Shown one piece after another: positions 1-10,626 of a stretch of DNA of 64,000 nucleotides; the first letter of the stretch is position 1, and every line of letters starts with the position of its first letter. The stretch covers positions 233,895 to 297,894 of the IMG/VR virus record IMGVR_UViG_3300009181_000033. The stretch is one strand, 5' to 3'. Below the pieces are notes generated by a model. The model did no database searches. It was not told the origin of the DNA and saw nothing but the letters and a program-made list of their open reading frames with translations. A program made the translations under genes and the position numbers.

Positions 1-2
1 AC

Positions 3-950
3 ACAAACGACGCACAAAAAGCCATCCAGGTGAAATGTTCGAGCTGTGAAGAAGTGTTCTATGGATCTCTTAGATCCTTGCAGTATGGCAAGTGTTTTAA
101 ATGTTCCCCTGGGGGATCGATTGCTCAAGAAAACATTGCGACCTGGTTGGAAGGAGTGGGTTGTGTCGTGAAGAGGAATGATAGGTCGATGCTAGGTGGT
201 TTGGAACTGGACATACACGTCCCTGGTGGGAATTTGGCCATTGAATACAATGGTCTTTATTGGCACTCCCACACGCATCGATCATCTAATTATCACGAAA
301 ATAAGACAAAATTGGCGCGCGAGGCTGGCATAAATTTGATTCACATCTTCGAGGATGAGTGGAGGGATAAGGGTGAGATTATTAAATCAATGATCTGCTC
401 CCGCTTGGGAATCGACATCAAGTCGATAGGTGCAAGAAGGTGCGTTGTGAAACAAATTGATTCAAGGGCTAGAAAGATTTTCTTTGAAGAAAACCACGTA
501 GATGGTGATGTGACATCAACTGTTGCGTGGGGATTGTATTTTGGTGAAGACCTAGTTTATGCGATGTCAATCAGGAGACCATTTCATAAAAAAGAAGGAG
601 TGATGGAGGTTGCAAGATGCGCCGCCAAAAAATTCCACAATGTTCAAGGCGGATTGAGCAGATTGGTCAAGTTGGCCATTCAATGGTGCAAAGAACACGA
701 TTACAAAAACCTAATGACGTATGTTGACACAAGACATGGAGGAATGGGCGAAGGTTATTTGAAGGCAGGTTTTTCAAAAGCTGGACGTACCCCTCCAAGA
801 TTTTGGTGGACAGACTTCGAAAATAGATACAATAGATTTAAATACAAAGCAGATTCCCAAAAAGGCCTCACAGAAGTGGCGGTTGCAGAAGCAGCCGGTG
901 TCGTAAAAATATGGGGATGTGAAAATATAATTTTCAAAATTGACATTTAG
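3..950 (+). CDS. Hef-like homing endonuclease: Zn-finger + Vsr/DUF559-type PD-(D/E)xK nuclease + C-terminal GNAT/Mom-like domain (5' partial)
   Basis: CxxC...CxxC; LELDIHVP..LAIEYNGLYWHS..IHIFEDEW nuclease motif; C-terminal NH.DG...EVARC...V.GGLSRL...TYVD.R...G.GY..AGF. The frame is open to the window edge. Paralogue of 14993-16444. Confidence 0.7.
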   Translation, partial: TNDAQKAIQVKCSSCEEVFYGSLRSLQYGKCFKCSPGGSIAQENIATWLEGVGCVVKRNDRSMLGGLELDIHVPGGNLAIEYNGLYWHSHTHRSSNYHENKTKLAREAGINLIHIFEDEWRDKGEIIKSMICSRLGIDIKSIGARRCVVKQIDSRARKIFFEENHVDGDVTSTVAWGLYFGEDLVYAMSIRRPFHKKEGVMEVARCAAKKFHNVQGGLSRLVKLAIQWCKEHDYKNLMTYVDTRHGGMGEGYLKAGFSKAGRTPPRFWWTDFENRYNRFKYKADSQKGLTEVAVAEAAGVVKIWGCENIIFKIDI

Positions 951-969
951 GTGTCATCCAATAGGCAAT

Positions 970-1026
970 AAAAAGCCTCCGATAAATGGACTCATATTGA
1001 TCCATCTATTTATCGGAGGCTTTTTT
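970..1026. terminator. Bidirectional intrinsic terminator between convergent nuclease and sheath genes
   Basis: AAAAAGCCTCCGATAAATGGA...TCCATCTATTTATCGGAGGCTTTTTT; inverted repeat with A/T tracts on both sides. Confidence 0.85.
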
Positions 1027-1044
1027 AGTTATCGTTCTAGGTTC

Positions 1045-4000
1045 TTATTGGACCTGTGCGAGGTTGTTGGCCACGACGAAGTCAAGGCTGACGAACTCGA
1101 TGCTCTTCGTGGGTTGCACGAAGATCTTGCCGCGAATGGTGTTGTTCTCGATGTCGTCCTGGGTCGTCGTCGAGGAATCGATGATGACCTTGAATCTCTC
1201 GAGACCGCTGAGGGCTTGGATTCTCTGGAGGCGTGGTGTCACAGAGGCAGAGAAGCGGGCGAGTGTTGCAGCTCTGTTAGGTTCGAACAAGATGGTGTTC
1301 GCAATGTCTCTGACTTGGCGCCTAATCTCGATGAGAAGACGACGGACATTAACGCGATCTAGAGCGGAAGCGGCAACCTGCAGTGTCTTCTGGCCCCAGA
1401 CGACGATGCCGCCGCGAGGATTGGTACCGCTCTGAGCAGAACCTGGGAAGGCGACGATAGGATTGATTGAATTGTCATACAAGGAATCCATGTCCTTTTG
1501 CTTGAGTCTAACTCTTGGCTCGAGGGCTTCTTGTGGAAGTGCACCTCTGGTGAAGCCGGCGGGGGCAAACCAAGGATGACCAACAGCGTCATTCAAGGCC
1601 AGGGCTCCGAGAACGAGAACTGAAGGAGGGGCTTGCACGTTGATTCCCTTTGGATCTCTGTATAAGACATCCGGGAAATACGCTGCGGCGAAGGAGGAGT
1701 CGACTGTGCGATTCTTGAAGTTGTTGATTGTGTTAACAACAGAAGGAATCTGGTCTTCATCCTCAACCTGTTCGTAATTCTCGTCGAGTTGTTCAATGTC
1801 CATGACGTACATGGCATCGAATCTCTCTTCAACCGCCAAAATGGCCGCATCGGTGACGATCGGCTCTCTTATGCTTGGGATGGCTAGAAGCTGTATGTCC
1901 ATGTTGACAACATTCTTCATGATCTCAATGGCTTTCATGTAGGCCTTGACGTTCGGTCCATTTTCAGCTCCACGGTTGGTTGTGGCGCCCATATCGGCAT
2001 GAACAGCTGTATTGTTGATCTCTTCTGAGTCCTTGTCAAAAATATTGACACCGTTGAATCCGCCTTGCATGAAGGTCGTATATTTCACAAATGATTTATT
2101 TGTCAAGAAGTCATCGACCCTTAGGGCTCTTGTTTTATTTGTGTTGTTGGATATGATATTTCCATCCCTCACATAAACTGCGCTCTTCCATTGATTGGAA
2201 TCTGCGTCACCTGTGGTGCCAGTGACAACCTGCAGGTGTTCCAAGGAGAACATGTTGTTGCAGAACCTATCGGAATCGACGATGCCGAGCTGTGCTGTGT
2301 CCGGTTGTCCTGAATTGCTCCCGGTTAAGAATCCAGCAAAGTCTGGATAGTATTTGCCGAATGATTTGATTCCATCATTTGGAAGAATGGAGCCATTTTG
2401 CCTCAGGACAGTTTGTGGATGCTCAAATTGAACGCCCCAATAGAATTTGGGTTCAACGTTTTCCTTTGCCGAATCAACATCATTTATTGTTATCTTCTTT
2501 CTAAATGGTAGCGGAGGTGTGACCACGTGATTGAACACAGAATCGACTGTTAGCACTGCATTCTCTACTGCCTTCAATGAAGAAGAAAGTGGTGACGATC
2601 CAGAAGTGACCAAGTGATCAATTCCCCTGAATCCGATAGGCAACGCGACTGGGTCAACGAATCCATTTTCAACATCGGGGTGAACTTCAACCCTGACGTA
2701 ATTTGATCTGTTCTCGTAGTTTCCTTGTATGACCATCTTTTGAGCAGATTCTTCTCTGTCAAAATCGTAATATGCGTGAATGTCTCCAATCACCTTTGCA
2801 ATATAACGATCAGAAGATGGATCCAGATTTACACCTGAAAATGTCTCATTCGCTATCGTCTTCTTGTCCAAATCCCTGTCATTGAACTCCCTTAGAACAA
2901 CCGTAAAGTTGCCGTATTTGTTCATGGGATCATTGGAGGGTGTTAAATTTTCAATTGATATCTTGTATTGATAGGCTGGACCAACACCGTCATCGAGAGC
3001 ATGGAACCTAAAGAGATTAATGGGCTTACCACCAAATTTCTGAGAGATGAACCAAGGCGACTTGGCATGACCAAACCTGTCCTGGAAATTCTCATAATTG
3101 GGAACAATCCTATTGGGATCAAAGTAGTTCCTGGCAGTTGATCCGGTAACCAAGAACGCCGCCTGTTCTTTGCCGGTGCCAGTTGCACCTGCACCCGCGG
3201 TGCTTTCAACAACAGCCGTCCCTGTCACAGCTGCTAAAACGGGATGGATATCCCAATTCGCATAAAGATAGTGACCAGCTTCTTGTATTTTATTGGGGTC
3301 AGTGTTGAGCACATTAGCAAAATAATTGTTTGAAGTGACGTCAAAAGAAGCTGTTATGATATTAGGATAAGAAGCCGTCAAACCCTGATGTCCGTTTAGG
3401 AACATTGAGAATTCCTGTTTGGGACTGGCGTTGTTGCCAAGGACGACGTCGCCTAATTGCGATCCTTTTATGTTTGCTTGCAAAGCAACCAAAGCAGATC
3501 CGGGTTGTGCTGAAGAAATACCGGCCACCGAGGAAGAGAGCGTTAGGATGACTCCGCTTGGGGCCATTAAAACGCCCCTAACAATAGGAACGGCGGCGGC
3601 GTGAGACCCTGCAGCTGCGGCAACTGCTGACTTGTAACCTTGTATGCCGGCTTCGCTAAAGACAGTTGAGCCAGCAGATTCTGACATGAAACAACCAAGG
3701 AAGTAGGTTCTTCCCGCAACTCCCAAGTTGTTTGCAAATGGATTTCTCTCTTTCGTTCCAGGGACGCCCGAGAGCGGATTTGGAACATTGTCTCCAACAA
3801 CGAAACCGGCATTGGTGACAGTCCCGTCGTCAGTTCTTTCCCTGCCGTCACCAGTCCCAAGAACCCTGAGATAGGTTACAGCCTGGGCATTCCTTAACCA
3901 TTCAAACACTGCAAGAGGTCCGAATTTTTTGCCGTCTGTTTCACCAAACTTATTGTACCAATCTCCTATCGTGCCGACAGTGACCGGCACGAAGGCGGGC

Positions 4001-4119
4001 CCATTAAGGGCAGTGCCAACAATGCCTGCTGGCGTTCCGACGGGTGCTCGGGCCACTGGACCCGAGATGTCTATCTCTCTTGTTGTTACTCCTGCACTAC
4101 CGAATTTCAACTGTGCCAT
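1045..4119 (-). CDS. Contractile tail sheath protein (paralogue 2), T4 gp18-like
   Basis: N-terminal SAGVTTREID.S..GPAFVP..FG..YLRV; C-terminal PWFAPAG..RG, LY...INPI, WGQKTLQ..SALDRVNVRRLL, FEPN, P.KSIEFV.LDF. Confidence 0.95.
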   Translation of the reverse strand: MAQLKFGSAGVTTREIDISGPVARAPVGTPAGIVGTALNGPAFVPVTVGTIGDWYNKFGETDGKKFGPLAVFEWLRNAQAVTYLRVLGTGDGRERTDDGTVTNAGFVVGDNVPNPLSGVPGTKERNPFANNLGVAGRTYFLGCFMSESAGSTVFSEAGIQGYKSAVAAAAGSHAAAVPIVRGVLMAPSGVILTLSSSVAGISSAQPGSALVALQANIKGSQLGDVVLGNNASPKQEFSMFLNGHQGLTASYPNIITASFDVTSNNYFANVLNTDPNKIQEAGHYLYANWDIHPVLAAVTGTAVVESTAGAGATGTGKEQAAFLVTGSTARNYFDPNRIVPNYENFQDRFGHAKSPWFISQKFGGKPINLFRFHALDDGVGPAYQYKISIENLTPSNDPMNKYGNFTVVLREFNDRDLDKKTIANETFSGVNLDPSSDRYIAKVIGDIHAYYDFDREESAQKMVIQGNYENRSNYVRVEVHPDVENGFVDPVALPIGFRGIDHLVTSGSSPLSSSLKAVENAVLTVDSVFNHVVTPPLPFRKKITINDVDSAKENVEPKFYWGVQFEHPQTVLRQNGSILPNDGIKSFGKYYPDFAGFLTGSNSGQPDTAQLGIVDSDRFCNNMFSLEHLQVVTGTTGDADSNQWKSAVYVRDGNIISNNTNKTRALRVDDFLTNKSFVKYTTFMQGGFNGVNIFDKDSEEINNTAVHADMGATTNRGAENGPNVKAYMKAIEIMKNVVNMDIQLLAIPSIREPIVTDAAILAVEERFDAMYVMDIEQLDENYEQVEDEDQIPSVVNTINNFKNRTVDSSFAAAYFPDVLYRDPKGINVQAPPSVLVLGALALNDAVGHPWFAPAGFTRGALPQEALEPRVRLKQKDMDSLYDNSINPIVAFPGSAQSGTNPRGGIVVWGQKTLQVAASALDRVNVRRLLIEIRRQVRDIANTILFEPNRAATLARFSASVTPRLQRIQALSGLERFKVIIDSSTTTQDDIENNTIRGKIFVQPTKSIEFVSLDFVVANNLAQVQ

Positions 4120-4163
4120 TTATTTGCTCCATTGATAGCTAACTATTGTCTACCTAAAAAATT

Positions 4164-7100
4164 TCACACGAACTCAACGCCACTATTTGTAACAATGAAA
4201 TCAATTGCGATGAACTCGACAACCCTTGTGGGAACAACGACTATTCTTCCATTCAGGCGATTGAGATCGACATCTTCTTGGGTGTTATTGCTCTCATTCA
4301 TAACAACCTGGAAGGCTTCTACGCCGGCCTGAATTTGAATGAGACCCAACTGGAAAGAAGCATCGGCAACAAACTTATTACGAACGGCTGGCGTGTTTTG
4401 CTCGAACACTATGTTCTTTGCAATACCGGAAATGATTCTCTTTATCTCCAGCATCAACCTTCTCACGTTGACCCTATCAAGAGCCGAACGATTAATTTGT
4501 AGCGTCTTTTGACCAAAGATAACGAAACCCATCTTGGGGAAAGTGGCTATCGGATTGATGCGTGATTCGTAGAGGCGGTCCCTGTCAGAAACATTTAGTC
4601 TCACGCCGACATTTGTTACGAAGTCCAACGCTGCCCTGTTGAAACCAGCAGGGGCAAACCAAGGATAAGAAACTCTGTCGTTAAAGCCCAAAGCACCCAA
4701 GGCAGCAACTGAGGCCGGAACCCTTACTTTTCTCTTGTTGACGGTGTCATCGACAAAGACATCAGGATAGTATGTCGCAACGTAATTATTGTCAATGGTC
4801 CTTGCATCAAGTTGATTTGCTGTGCGCACTATGTTTGGTTTGACACTTGAATCATCATAAATGACTGCGTCATCATCGCTATATGAAGGAATGTCCATCA
4901 CGTGCATGGCCATTCCATAATCCCTAACCTTCTGCATGGTTCTGTCATTTATGTATACATCCCTGATACCTGGTATACAGATGATGTTCGTGTTCGCCTC
5001 GAGCGGGTTGGTCATTATGTCAACGGCGGACAAGTAAGAATTAACACCGTTGTTGTCTTCGTTAAAGCCAGACGGATTGACAGTGCCAAAACCTTCTGGA
5101 TAGAAAGTTGGTGATGCACCTGAATCGAAAGAAACTGACTTATCATTCAATCGACGAGCGTTTCTATCCAAGAAATTGGTTCCATCAAATCCACCATACA
5201 TGAAATTGGTGAACTTGGCATAAGCGGAGAACCTATTGAATTCAGAGGCGGTCCCTTGGGACAGCAACGTTGCGAAAGTAATTCTGTCTATCTGAGAAGT
5301 CCCATCATTGTTTAACACGTACGTGCTAGAGTCAAGTTTGGCATTTCTCACGTAGGCTGCCTGCCTCATGTGACTGTTCACCGAACTTGTGAGATCTGTG
5401 ATTGAAGAGTTGTAGAACGCGACATTTGCCAATGAGAACTTATTATTGTTCATGTCGTCGGCAAAAGATCCCGTCAACAACGAGTCTAGTTTCGATATTC
5501 CAACAAACTTGGTAAATGACTCGAGCAGAGAATTTTTCTCTGTGACAAGGTTGGCGTTTAACAACATGTTGTTTTTGACATCATTGGTGACGTCAGAACC
5601 AGTGCTGCTTCTCTCAAACTTAACGCCCCAATAGTAGGCTGGATTTGCTTGCTCTGCAGCACCAGGCTCACCGGTAAACGTTGGGGTTTGTTTCACTTCA
5701 CCTCTTGTAACCTTGAACCTAAGGGGGAGAGGTGGGAGGAAAGAACCAGACAGTGATGTTCCGGCAGAAGAAGAACAATGCAGTCTTGAAGCAGAAGGAT
5801 CGAGAGCACCATCGTTGGTCAAGGGGCTGGTTTTCAACAACTCTGGACCCCTGAATCCGAACGGAAGAGCGGTGGTTGGAATTTGCTCTTTTTCGTGCTC
5901 TTCGCTCATCTCAATTCTGACGTATCTTGAATTATTTGCATACTTGCCAAGGGCAACGATTCTCTTCTCGTTAGGATCAAGAGAATCAAAGTTATAGAAA
6001 ACTTTTCTATCTCCGATCATCTTGGCTATGTAATTTGGAGCCTTTGGATCCAAGGTGACATTTGAAAATTGTTCGAGAACCATAGGGCTCACGTCGGTAT
6101 CGTTCCAGTCCCTTATTTGAACATTGAACGTTCCATACTTGTTTGCTTCATTTGCAGACGCCTTGACGTTTGTGATAGAAATCTTGTAAAGGCTGTTTGC
6201 ATATTGACCATCGTCCAACGACTCGAACCTAAAAAGATCGTATTCTTTTGTTCCATACGGTTGTGATATAAAGAATGTGCTCTTGGGCGTGGTGTATCTC
6301 GTGTTGTAAGAACCAAACACCTTGCTAAATGGATTTCCGTGAAGACCGTCAGCGGAAGAACCGCTGAGTATCGCCACAGAGTTTCCTGCATCAACGTATG
6401 CAATTGTGTGATCAACAGCAAAATCTGCGTGTAGATAATGTTGTTCTTGATAGAACTTGTCAGGATCCCTGTTTAGAACCTTGGCAAAATAATCCTTGTC
6501 TGTTGGGTTGAATGAAGCGGTTAAAACCTTCACGCCGGAAAGTCCATCCATTTTTGAGAATGAATCACCTATGGAAGAAGAGATGATGAGTTTAAATTTC
6601 CCATCGGAGTGCATTGGGTGATCGTCGTTATTAACAACCTTCACTGCCACCAAGCTAGAATTGGATCCCGTAACCATGATTCTTGCTGTAGAGGGCGTCA
6701 TGATGAGGCCTCTTATCAAGTCGGCAGATGTAGAATTTGTTATGGTGTCATTGTTGGTAAAATCAGCAACTGCAACGTCTTCATTGGGTCCAAACGTATG
6801 TTTGGCAGCCAAAAACTGAACCCTTCCAGTAGTTGAATCGTCCAAAACAAAGCCGGCATTATTGACAACACCTTTTGTCAAAGTATCACTCAGGTGTTGA
6901 GCTGTAGTGTTGGCTCCTGCACCCAGCACCCTGAGATATGTCAAGGATGATCTGTTCTTTAAAAATTCGCAAACCGCGTATGGTCCAAAATGCTTTGGAT
7001 CAAGATTGCCAAAGTTTTGCACAAATTCATTAAAATTTGCTACAGTAAATGGCACAAAGGCGGGGCCTTTGTTTGATGTTCCTATGATTCCTGCAGGGAC

Positions 7101-7184
7101 GCCTACTGGTCCAGATGTCCTGGGTGATGATAAATCTATTTCGCGTTCATAAAAATTTGGCGACTTAAAGGTCTGCTCTGACAT
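4164..7184 (-). CDS. Contractile tail sheath protein (paralogue 1), T4 gp18-like
   Basis: SPNFYEREIDLS..KGPAFVP; PWFAPAGFNR; INPIATFP; FGQKTLQ..SALDRVNVRRL; PTRVVEFIAIDF; SD AAGGAG. Confidence 0.95.
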   Translation of the reverse strand: MSEQTFKSPNFYEREIDLSSPRTSGPVGVPAGIIGTSNKGPAFVPFTVANFNEFVQNFGNLDPKHFGPYAVCEFLKNRSSLTYLRVLGAGANTTAQHLSDTLTKGVVNNAGFVLDDSTTGRVQFLAAKHTFGPNEDVAVADFTNNDTITNSTSADLIRGLIMTPSTARIMVTGSNSSLVAVKVVNNDDHPMHSDGKFKLIISSSIGDSFSKMDGLSGVKVLTASFNPTDKDYFAKVLNRDPDKFYQEQHYLHADFAVDHTIAYVDAGNSVAILSGSSADGLHGNPFSKVFGSYNTRYTTPKSTFFISQPYGTKEYDLFRFESLDDGQYANSLYKISITNVKASANEANKYGTFNVQIRDWNDTDVSPMVLEQFSNVTLDPKAPNYIAKMIGDRKVFYNFDSLDPNEKRIVALGKYANNSRYVRIEMSEEHEKEQIPTTALPFGFRGPELLKTSPLTNDGALDPSASRLHCSSSAGTSLSGSFLPPLPLRFKVTRGEVKQTPTFTGEPGAAEQANPAYYWGVKFERSSTGSDVTNDVKNNMLLNANLVTEKNSLLESFTKFVGISKLDSLLTGSFADDMNNNKFSLANVAFYNSSITDLTSSVNSHMRQAAYVRNAKLDSSTYVLNNDGTSQIDRITFATLLSQGTASEFNRFSAYAKFTNFMYGGFDGTNFLDRNARRLNDKSVSFDSGASPTFYPEGFGTVNPSGFNEDNNGVNSYLSAVDIMTNPLEANTNIICIPGIRDVYINDRTMQKVRDYGMAMHVMDIPSYSDDDAVIYDDSSVKPNIVRTANQLDARTIDNNYVATYYPDVFVDDTVNKRKVRVPASVAALGALGFNDRVSYPWFAPAGFNRAALDFVTNVGVRLNVSDRDRLYESRINPIATFPKMGFVIFGQKTLQINRSALDRVNVRRLMLEIKRIISGIAKNIVFEQNTPAVRNKFVADASFQLGLIQIQAGVEAFQVVMNESNNTQEDVDLNRLNGRIVVVPTRVVEFIAIDFIVTNSGVEFV

Positions 7185-7221
7185 TACCTATCTCCTTAAA
7201 TGTGGGCTTTCGCTTCAGAAG

Positions 7222-7229
7222 ATAAGTAT
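7222..7229 (-). promoter_or_regulatory. Putative phage late promoter ATAnTTA(T) (representative copy)
   Basis: ATACTTAT here and at 10390; related copies at 4139, 10620, 14071, 16451, 20561, 21944, 23902, 27391, 29483, 34121 and 53525, mostly just upstream of virion genes. Confidence 0.65.
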
Positions 7230-7299
7230 TATCGAAAAGTATAAAAAATAAATTATAACTTGGGACAAACGTTTGCAAACACAACATTTCAAAGAAAAA

Positions 7300-8508
7300 T
7301 CATTCTTTGGAATCACCGGGAAAAACATTTGTGAGTTCTATTTCTAAATCCCCCAGCGAATAATTGTTTTTAGAATAAACTGTTTCTCCATTTGATGATG
7401 CGCTTCTCACCCTATAATTTGAACCAAATATGGAGAGATTGTCGCGAGGAAAAAGCTTCGGTCTTTTTGGATGTATTTCCATGGGGAGCGTAGGATCGTC
7501 TGTCCCCAATTCGTACTGGTCGTCGATAGAATTAGGGTCTTGATCAGCAACCACAGACGGTGAGGCCGTCAATGACTCGAACTTTATAATAGGCGATGAA
7601 ATATATCTTTTTATTGGAATTGGTGAACCGGGAGTCTGGGAAACAAAGAAATAAGCAGGAACGTTGACGTTAAAGGAGTATTTGATGAATCTTTCCTGTT
7701 GGGACATATCATCAAAATTATTCTCTAATGCGTAAGAACCACCATCGACTGACGCTACAAACCAGTATCCCTTGGGTGTTTCAAGCTTCCAGCCTTGGAC
7801 TTGGGGCAAAAATGAAGTTATCACTTTTTCCATTATTTGGTTGGCGTGCTGCATATATTGCGTCCATATTGTTATTTGATATTTTGCAGTGTAGAATTGA
7901 GGAGTGGGCACAACTATTGTTTCTACAATATTATTGTTCAAATAAGGCTGGAGCAATTTGCCATTCATTGCATCTTTTGTGTCCGACAACTCACCTAATC
8001 TTCTATCCGTTGTCAATTGGGAAGAAGAAACGTGGGTTGAAACTGCTAAATTTTCTTGGTCTTTCAAAAAAAATTTATTTATCAAATTTTGATAATCCCT
8101 GTCAGACTTGTGTAGTCTCCTGTTGACGGTTATCTCTCCAACACTTTGATTAATTCCACGGGCCGTCATCTCTTCACTGGGTGATTGGGCTAGTTCGGTT
8201 CTCATTATTGTCAACAAGGGGAGCAAGAGAGTATTGTTCCTGTCCCTAAGAGGTCGACCATTTTTTAACAAAGACCATTTTTCTCCAGCAGCGAAAATAA
8301 CTGGGATTTTTTTCAAGGGTGATGAATCATTGCCTCCGCAGAACGGAGATATTTCTTTTTCAAAAAGATTAAACAGTGCTACGTCGACGTCTTCGACCCC
8401 ACAAGGAGGCAAATATAGATCAACACTCCCTTGAGTGGTCTCATACCCTGTGGGCAAAGGGAGCTGACCATTATTTGATTTGCTGCCTGGATTAAACCGA
8501 GTTGCCAT
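7300..8508 (-). CDS. Tail completion/terminator protein, T4 gp15-like
   Basis: IPVIFAAGEKW, LPLLTIMR, P..Y..KYQITIWTQYMQHANQIMEK resemble gp15; lies between neck and sheath genes. Confidence 0.65.
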   Translation of the reverse strand: MATRFNPGSKSNNGQLPLPTGYETTQGSVDLYLPPCGVEDVDVALFNLFEKEISPFCGGNDSSPLKKIPVIFAAGEKWSLLKNGRPLRDRNNTLLLPLLTIMRTELAQSPSEEMTARGINQSVGEITVNRRLHKSDRDYQNLINKFFLKDQENLAVSTHVSSSQLTTDRRLGELSDTKDAMNGKLLQPYLNNNIVETIVVPTPQFYTAKYQITIWTQYMQHANQIMEKVITSFLPQVQGWKLETPKGYWFVASVDGGSYALENNFDDMSQQERFIKYSFNVNVPAYFFVSQTPGSPIPIKRYISSPIIKFESLTASPSVVADQDPNSIDDQYELGTDDPTLPMEIHPKRPKLFPRDNLSIFGSNYRVRSASSNGETVYSKNNYSLGDLEIELTNVFPGDSKE

Positions 8509-8515
8509 TTTTCAC

Positions 8516-9184
8516 CTACTCATCATAAAAGGAAGAACCGGCGCCTGTTTGATCTCCCTTATCGGACACTTCTTTGGGACCGGTAATAGGTTTATCAAGC
8601 ACACCATTTTCGATAAGGTCTCTCTTGTCACCAGTGGCTTCTCCGTTTTTATCGATAGACTCGCCTCTTTGTTGAACAAATTCTTTTTGTACAGCATCTG
8701 CATCTGTGTATTTGATGTCTGTTGGCCCAATTGTTGGAGCCTTAAACAGACCTTCACGAGCTTTGATTCCTATTAGTTTGACTCCATCCTTGTGCTCAGG
8801 CATACCGAATATATTGCGCATAAAAACTCGCTCGGTTATCTCATAAAAAACATCCGAAAAAGAAAAGAAGTCACCTATGTTGACATTTATTCCTTTGTCT
8901 AAGAGGTCCCTGTATTGTATGAACGCCTCAATTTTGAATTGGGCATCGATACCGAATTTATCTATTTTTGTATCTGATTGAAAGTTGCTGTCTATTAAAC
9001 AATCTATGGCTATGGGATTGTCGTAGATCTTTTGAAGTGCTTCATTATAGACGCCATGGGATTTTGTTTTCGTCTCAGAAATTGGGTAATAATAAATCTT
9101 TTGACCGACCACATCCTTTATTATTTCCTTAGTTATGTCGGAAATAAAATTCAATTCCCTGGGTGTGATAAATAATCTGGCCAT
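8516..9184 (-). CDS. Neck/head-closure protein, T4 gp14-like
   Basis: GQKIYYYP...VYNEA...KFGI...IGDFF...YEI; synteny gp13-gp14-gp15. Confidence 0.65.
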   Translation of the reverse strand: MARLFITPRELNFISDITKEIIKDVVGQKIYYYPISETKTKSHGVYNEALQKIYDNPIAIDCLIDSNFQSDTKIDKFGIDAQFKIEAFIQYRDLLDKGINVNIGDFFSFSDVFYEITERVFMRNIFGMPEHKDGVKLIGIKAREGLFKAPTIGPTDIKYTDADAVQKEFVQQRGESIDKNGEATGDKRDLIENGVLDKPITGPKEVSDKGDQTGAGSSFYDE

Positions 9185-9187
9185 GTT

Positions 9188-10369
9188 TTATCCTATTACG
9201 ATCCCCTTGCCCAAAGGCATTGGGATGTACCTTAATTGTTTATTGAGATTTTCGGCGGCGGCCGCATCGGCCTCGAGCAACTTTTGGTGAGTAAGATTTG
9301 CCAAAAATTCCTTCATTTGAGTTTGAAGCTTGTCCTTTTCTTCTTTTCCTTGAGACAAGAGAGATTCACCGTTTAGCTGCAAATCCGCATTTGGAATCGG
9401 GATGGATTGAAATTTAGATCGAATTAAACCCAAAAGCTCTTTGCAAAGCGCCAAAGTATACTGCCTTATCCACTGCTTTCCAGGTTGATTAATTGTATTG
9501 AAAGGTATGTTGTTGAGCGGAAAATTCTGTGGGCCCGAAATTCCAAATATGGAATCGTCAGTTGTGAACGCTGACGGATTATAGGGATTGCCTGGTGGCA
9601 TAACCTTGCAATAAAGTCGACCAACCTGCAGGTCCGTCACAGGTATGGGATATATCCTTATATTGCCACCCAGAACCTCATATGAATAATGAGATCTTCT
9701 GACCCTAAAGGCAGATTCTAACATTCCTCTTCTTAAAATGTCTTCAAAGATTGGAAGAACGTAAAAGATAGTTGAATTGACGTAAGACTCATAATTGAAA
9801 TTTGTTGCCAAGAAATTAGTGACGTTTGAAGCATTCAACAAAAAATGTTGGGCTGCCAAAGGCTCAACATGAAACAATTCTACTATCTTTAATTTTCCTT
9901 TGGAACCAGAAGGCAGTGTGTCATATACCACATTTCCTGAGGTCACATCCTTTAGTTCTGTATAGAGATTATAGTCTTGTCTTCCACTTTGAATATCAAA
10001 GTAACCCAAAGTTGCGTTACTCGAGCCACCAACAAAAGCTTCAGTCGCATATGGCTCGGCTTTCCTTAAAAGATATTCAAGAGAGCCTCTGGCATATTTG
10101 TTGGTGAAATCGACTGAGCCGGTCGCTAATCCCAAAACGTTAGTCAACTCTGAAGTTATCTTTGTCTCTAGAACAAGGCGGCTATATTCACAACATGCTT
10201 CTTCAAAGCAAGCCCATATTTCCTTCTTTGTCAATTCGACTGACAGGACGTCATCGCCTAATTTTCTTTTAACAAAGACAACCATTCTGTCTGCTTCACC
10301 TTGAAAGGCGGCGTCTGAATCAAAAAACCCAAATGGCGTCGGAGAAATTGTAGAATTAAAATTAGACAT
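9188..10369 (-). CDS. Neck/adaptor protein, T4 gp13-like
   Basis: KRKLGDDVLSVELT..I..C.EEA..EYS; WIRQYTLALCKELLG.IRSKF..IP.P...LQLNG. Confidence 0.8.
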   Translation of the reverse strand: MSNFNSTISPTPFGFFDSDAAFQGEADRMVVFVKRKLGDDVLSVELTKKEIWACFEEACCEYSRLVLETKITSELTNVLGLATGSVDFTNKYARGSLEYLLRKAEPYATEAFVGGSSNATLGYFDIQSGRQDYNLYTELKDVTSGNVVYDTLPSGSKGKLKIVELFHVEPLAAQHFLLNASNVTNFLATNFNYESYVNSTIFYVLPIFEDILRRGMLESAFRVRRSHYSYEVLGGNIRIYPIPVTDLQVGRLYCKVMPPGNPYNPSAFTTDDSIFGISGPQNFPLNNIPFNTINQPGKQWIRQYTLALCKELLGLIRSKFQSIPIPNADLQLNGESLLSQGKEEKDKLQTQMKEFLANLTHQKLLEADAAAAENLNKQLRYIPMPLGKGIVIG

Positions 10370-10417
10370 TCTTCACACCTGTCATGTTGATAAGTATGAG
10401 AAAGATTTTAAATTCTA

Positions 10418-10612
10418 TTAAATATCATCAATGATTTCTTTGACAAAGAGACGAAGCAAATTTTCCTTCACGATGTCATCGTCATCGTCGTTTTCTTTGC
10501 CGCTTTTTACTAAAGTAAGACGAGCAGTTGGCGGCAAATAAGCCATTCCACCACCTCGCGAATCACCAAGTTTTCTTTTGATTATATCTCTTCGACTCTT
10601 CTTTTTTGGCAT
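10418..10612 (-). CDS. Small hypothetical protein with C-terminal ENLLRLFVKEI helix (putative internal head protein)
   Basis: ORF preceded by ATATTTAT motif; helix resembles the head-targeting motif. Confidence 0.5.
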   Translation of the reverse strand: MPKKKSRRDIIKRKLGDSRGGGMAYLPPTARLTLVKSGKENDDDDDIVKENLLRLFVKEIIDDI

Positions 10613-10626
10613 GGCGCCAATAAATA

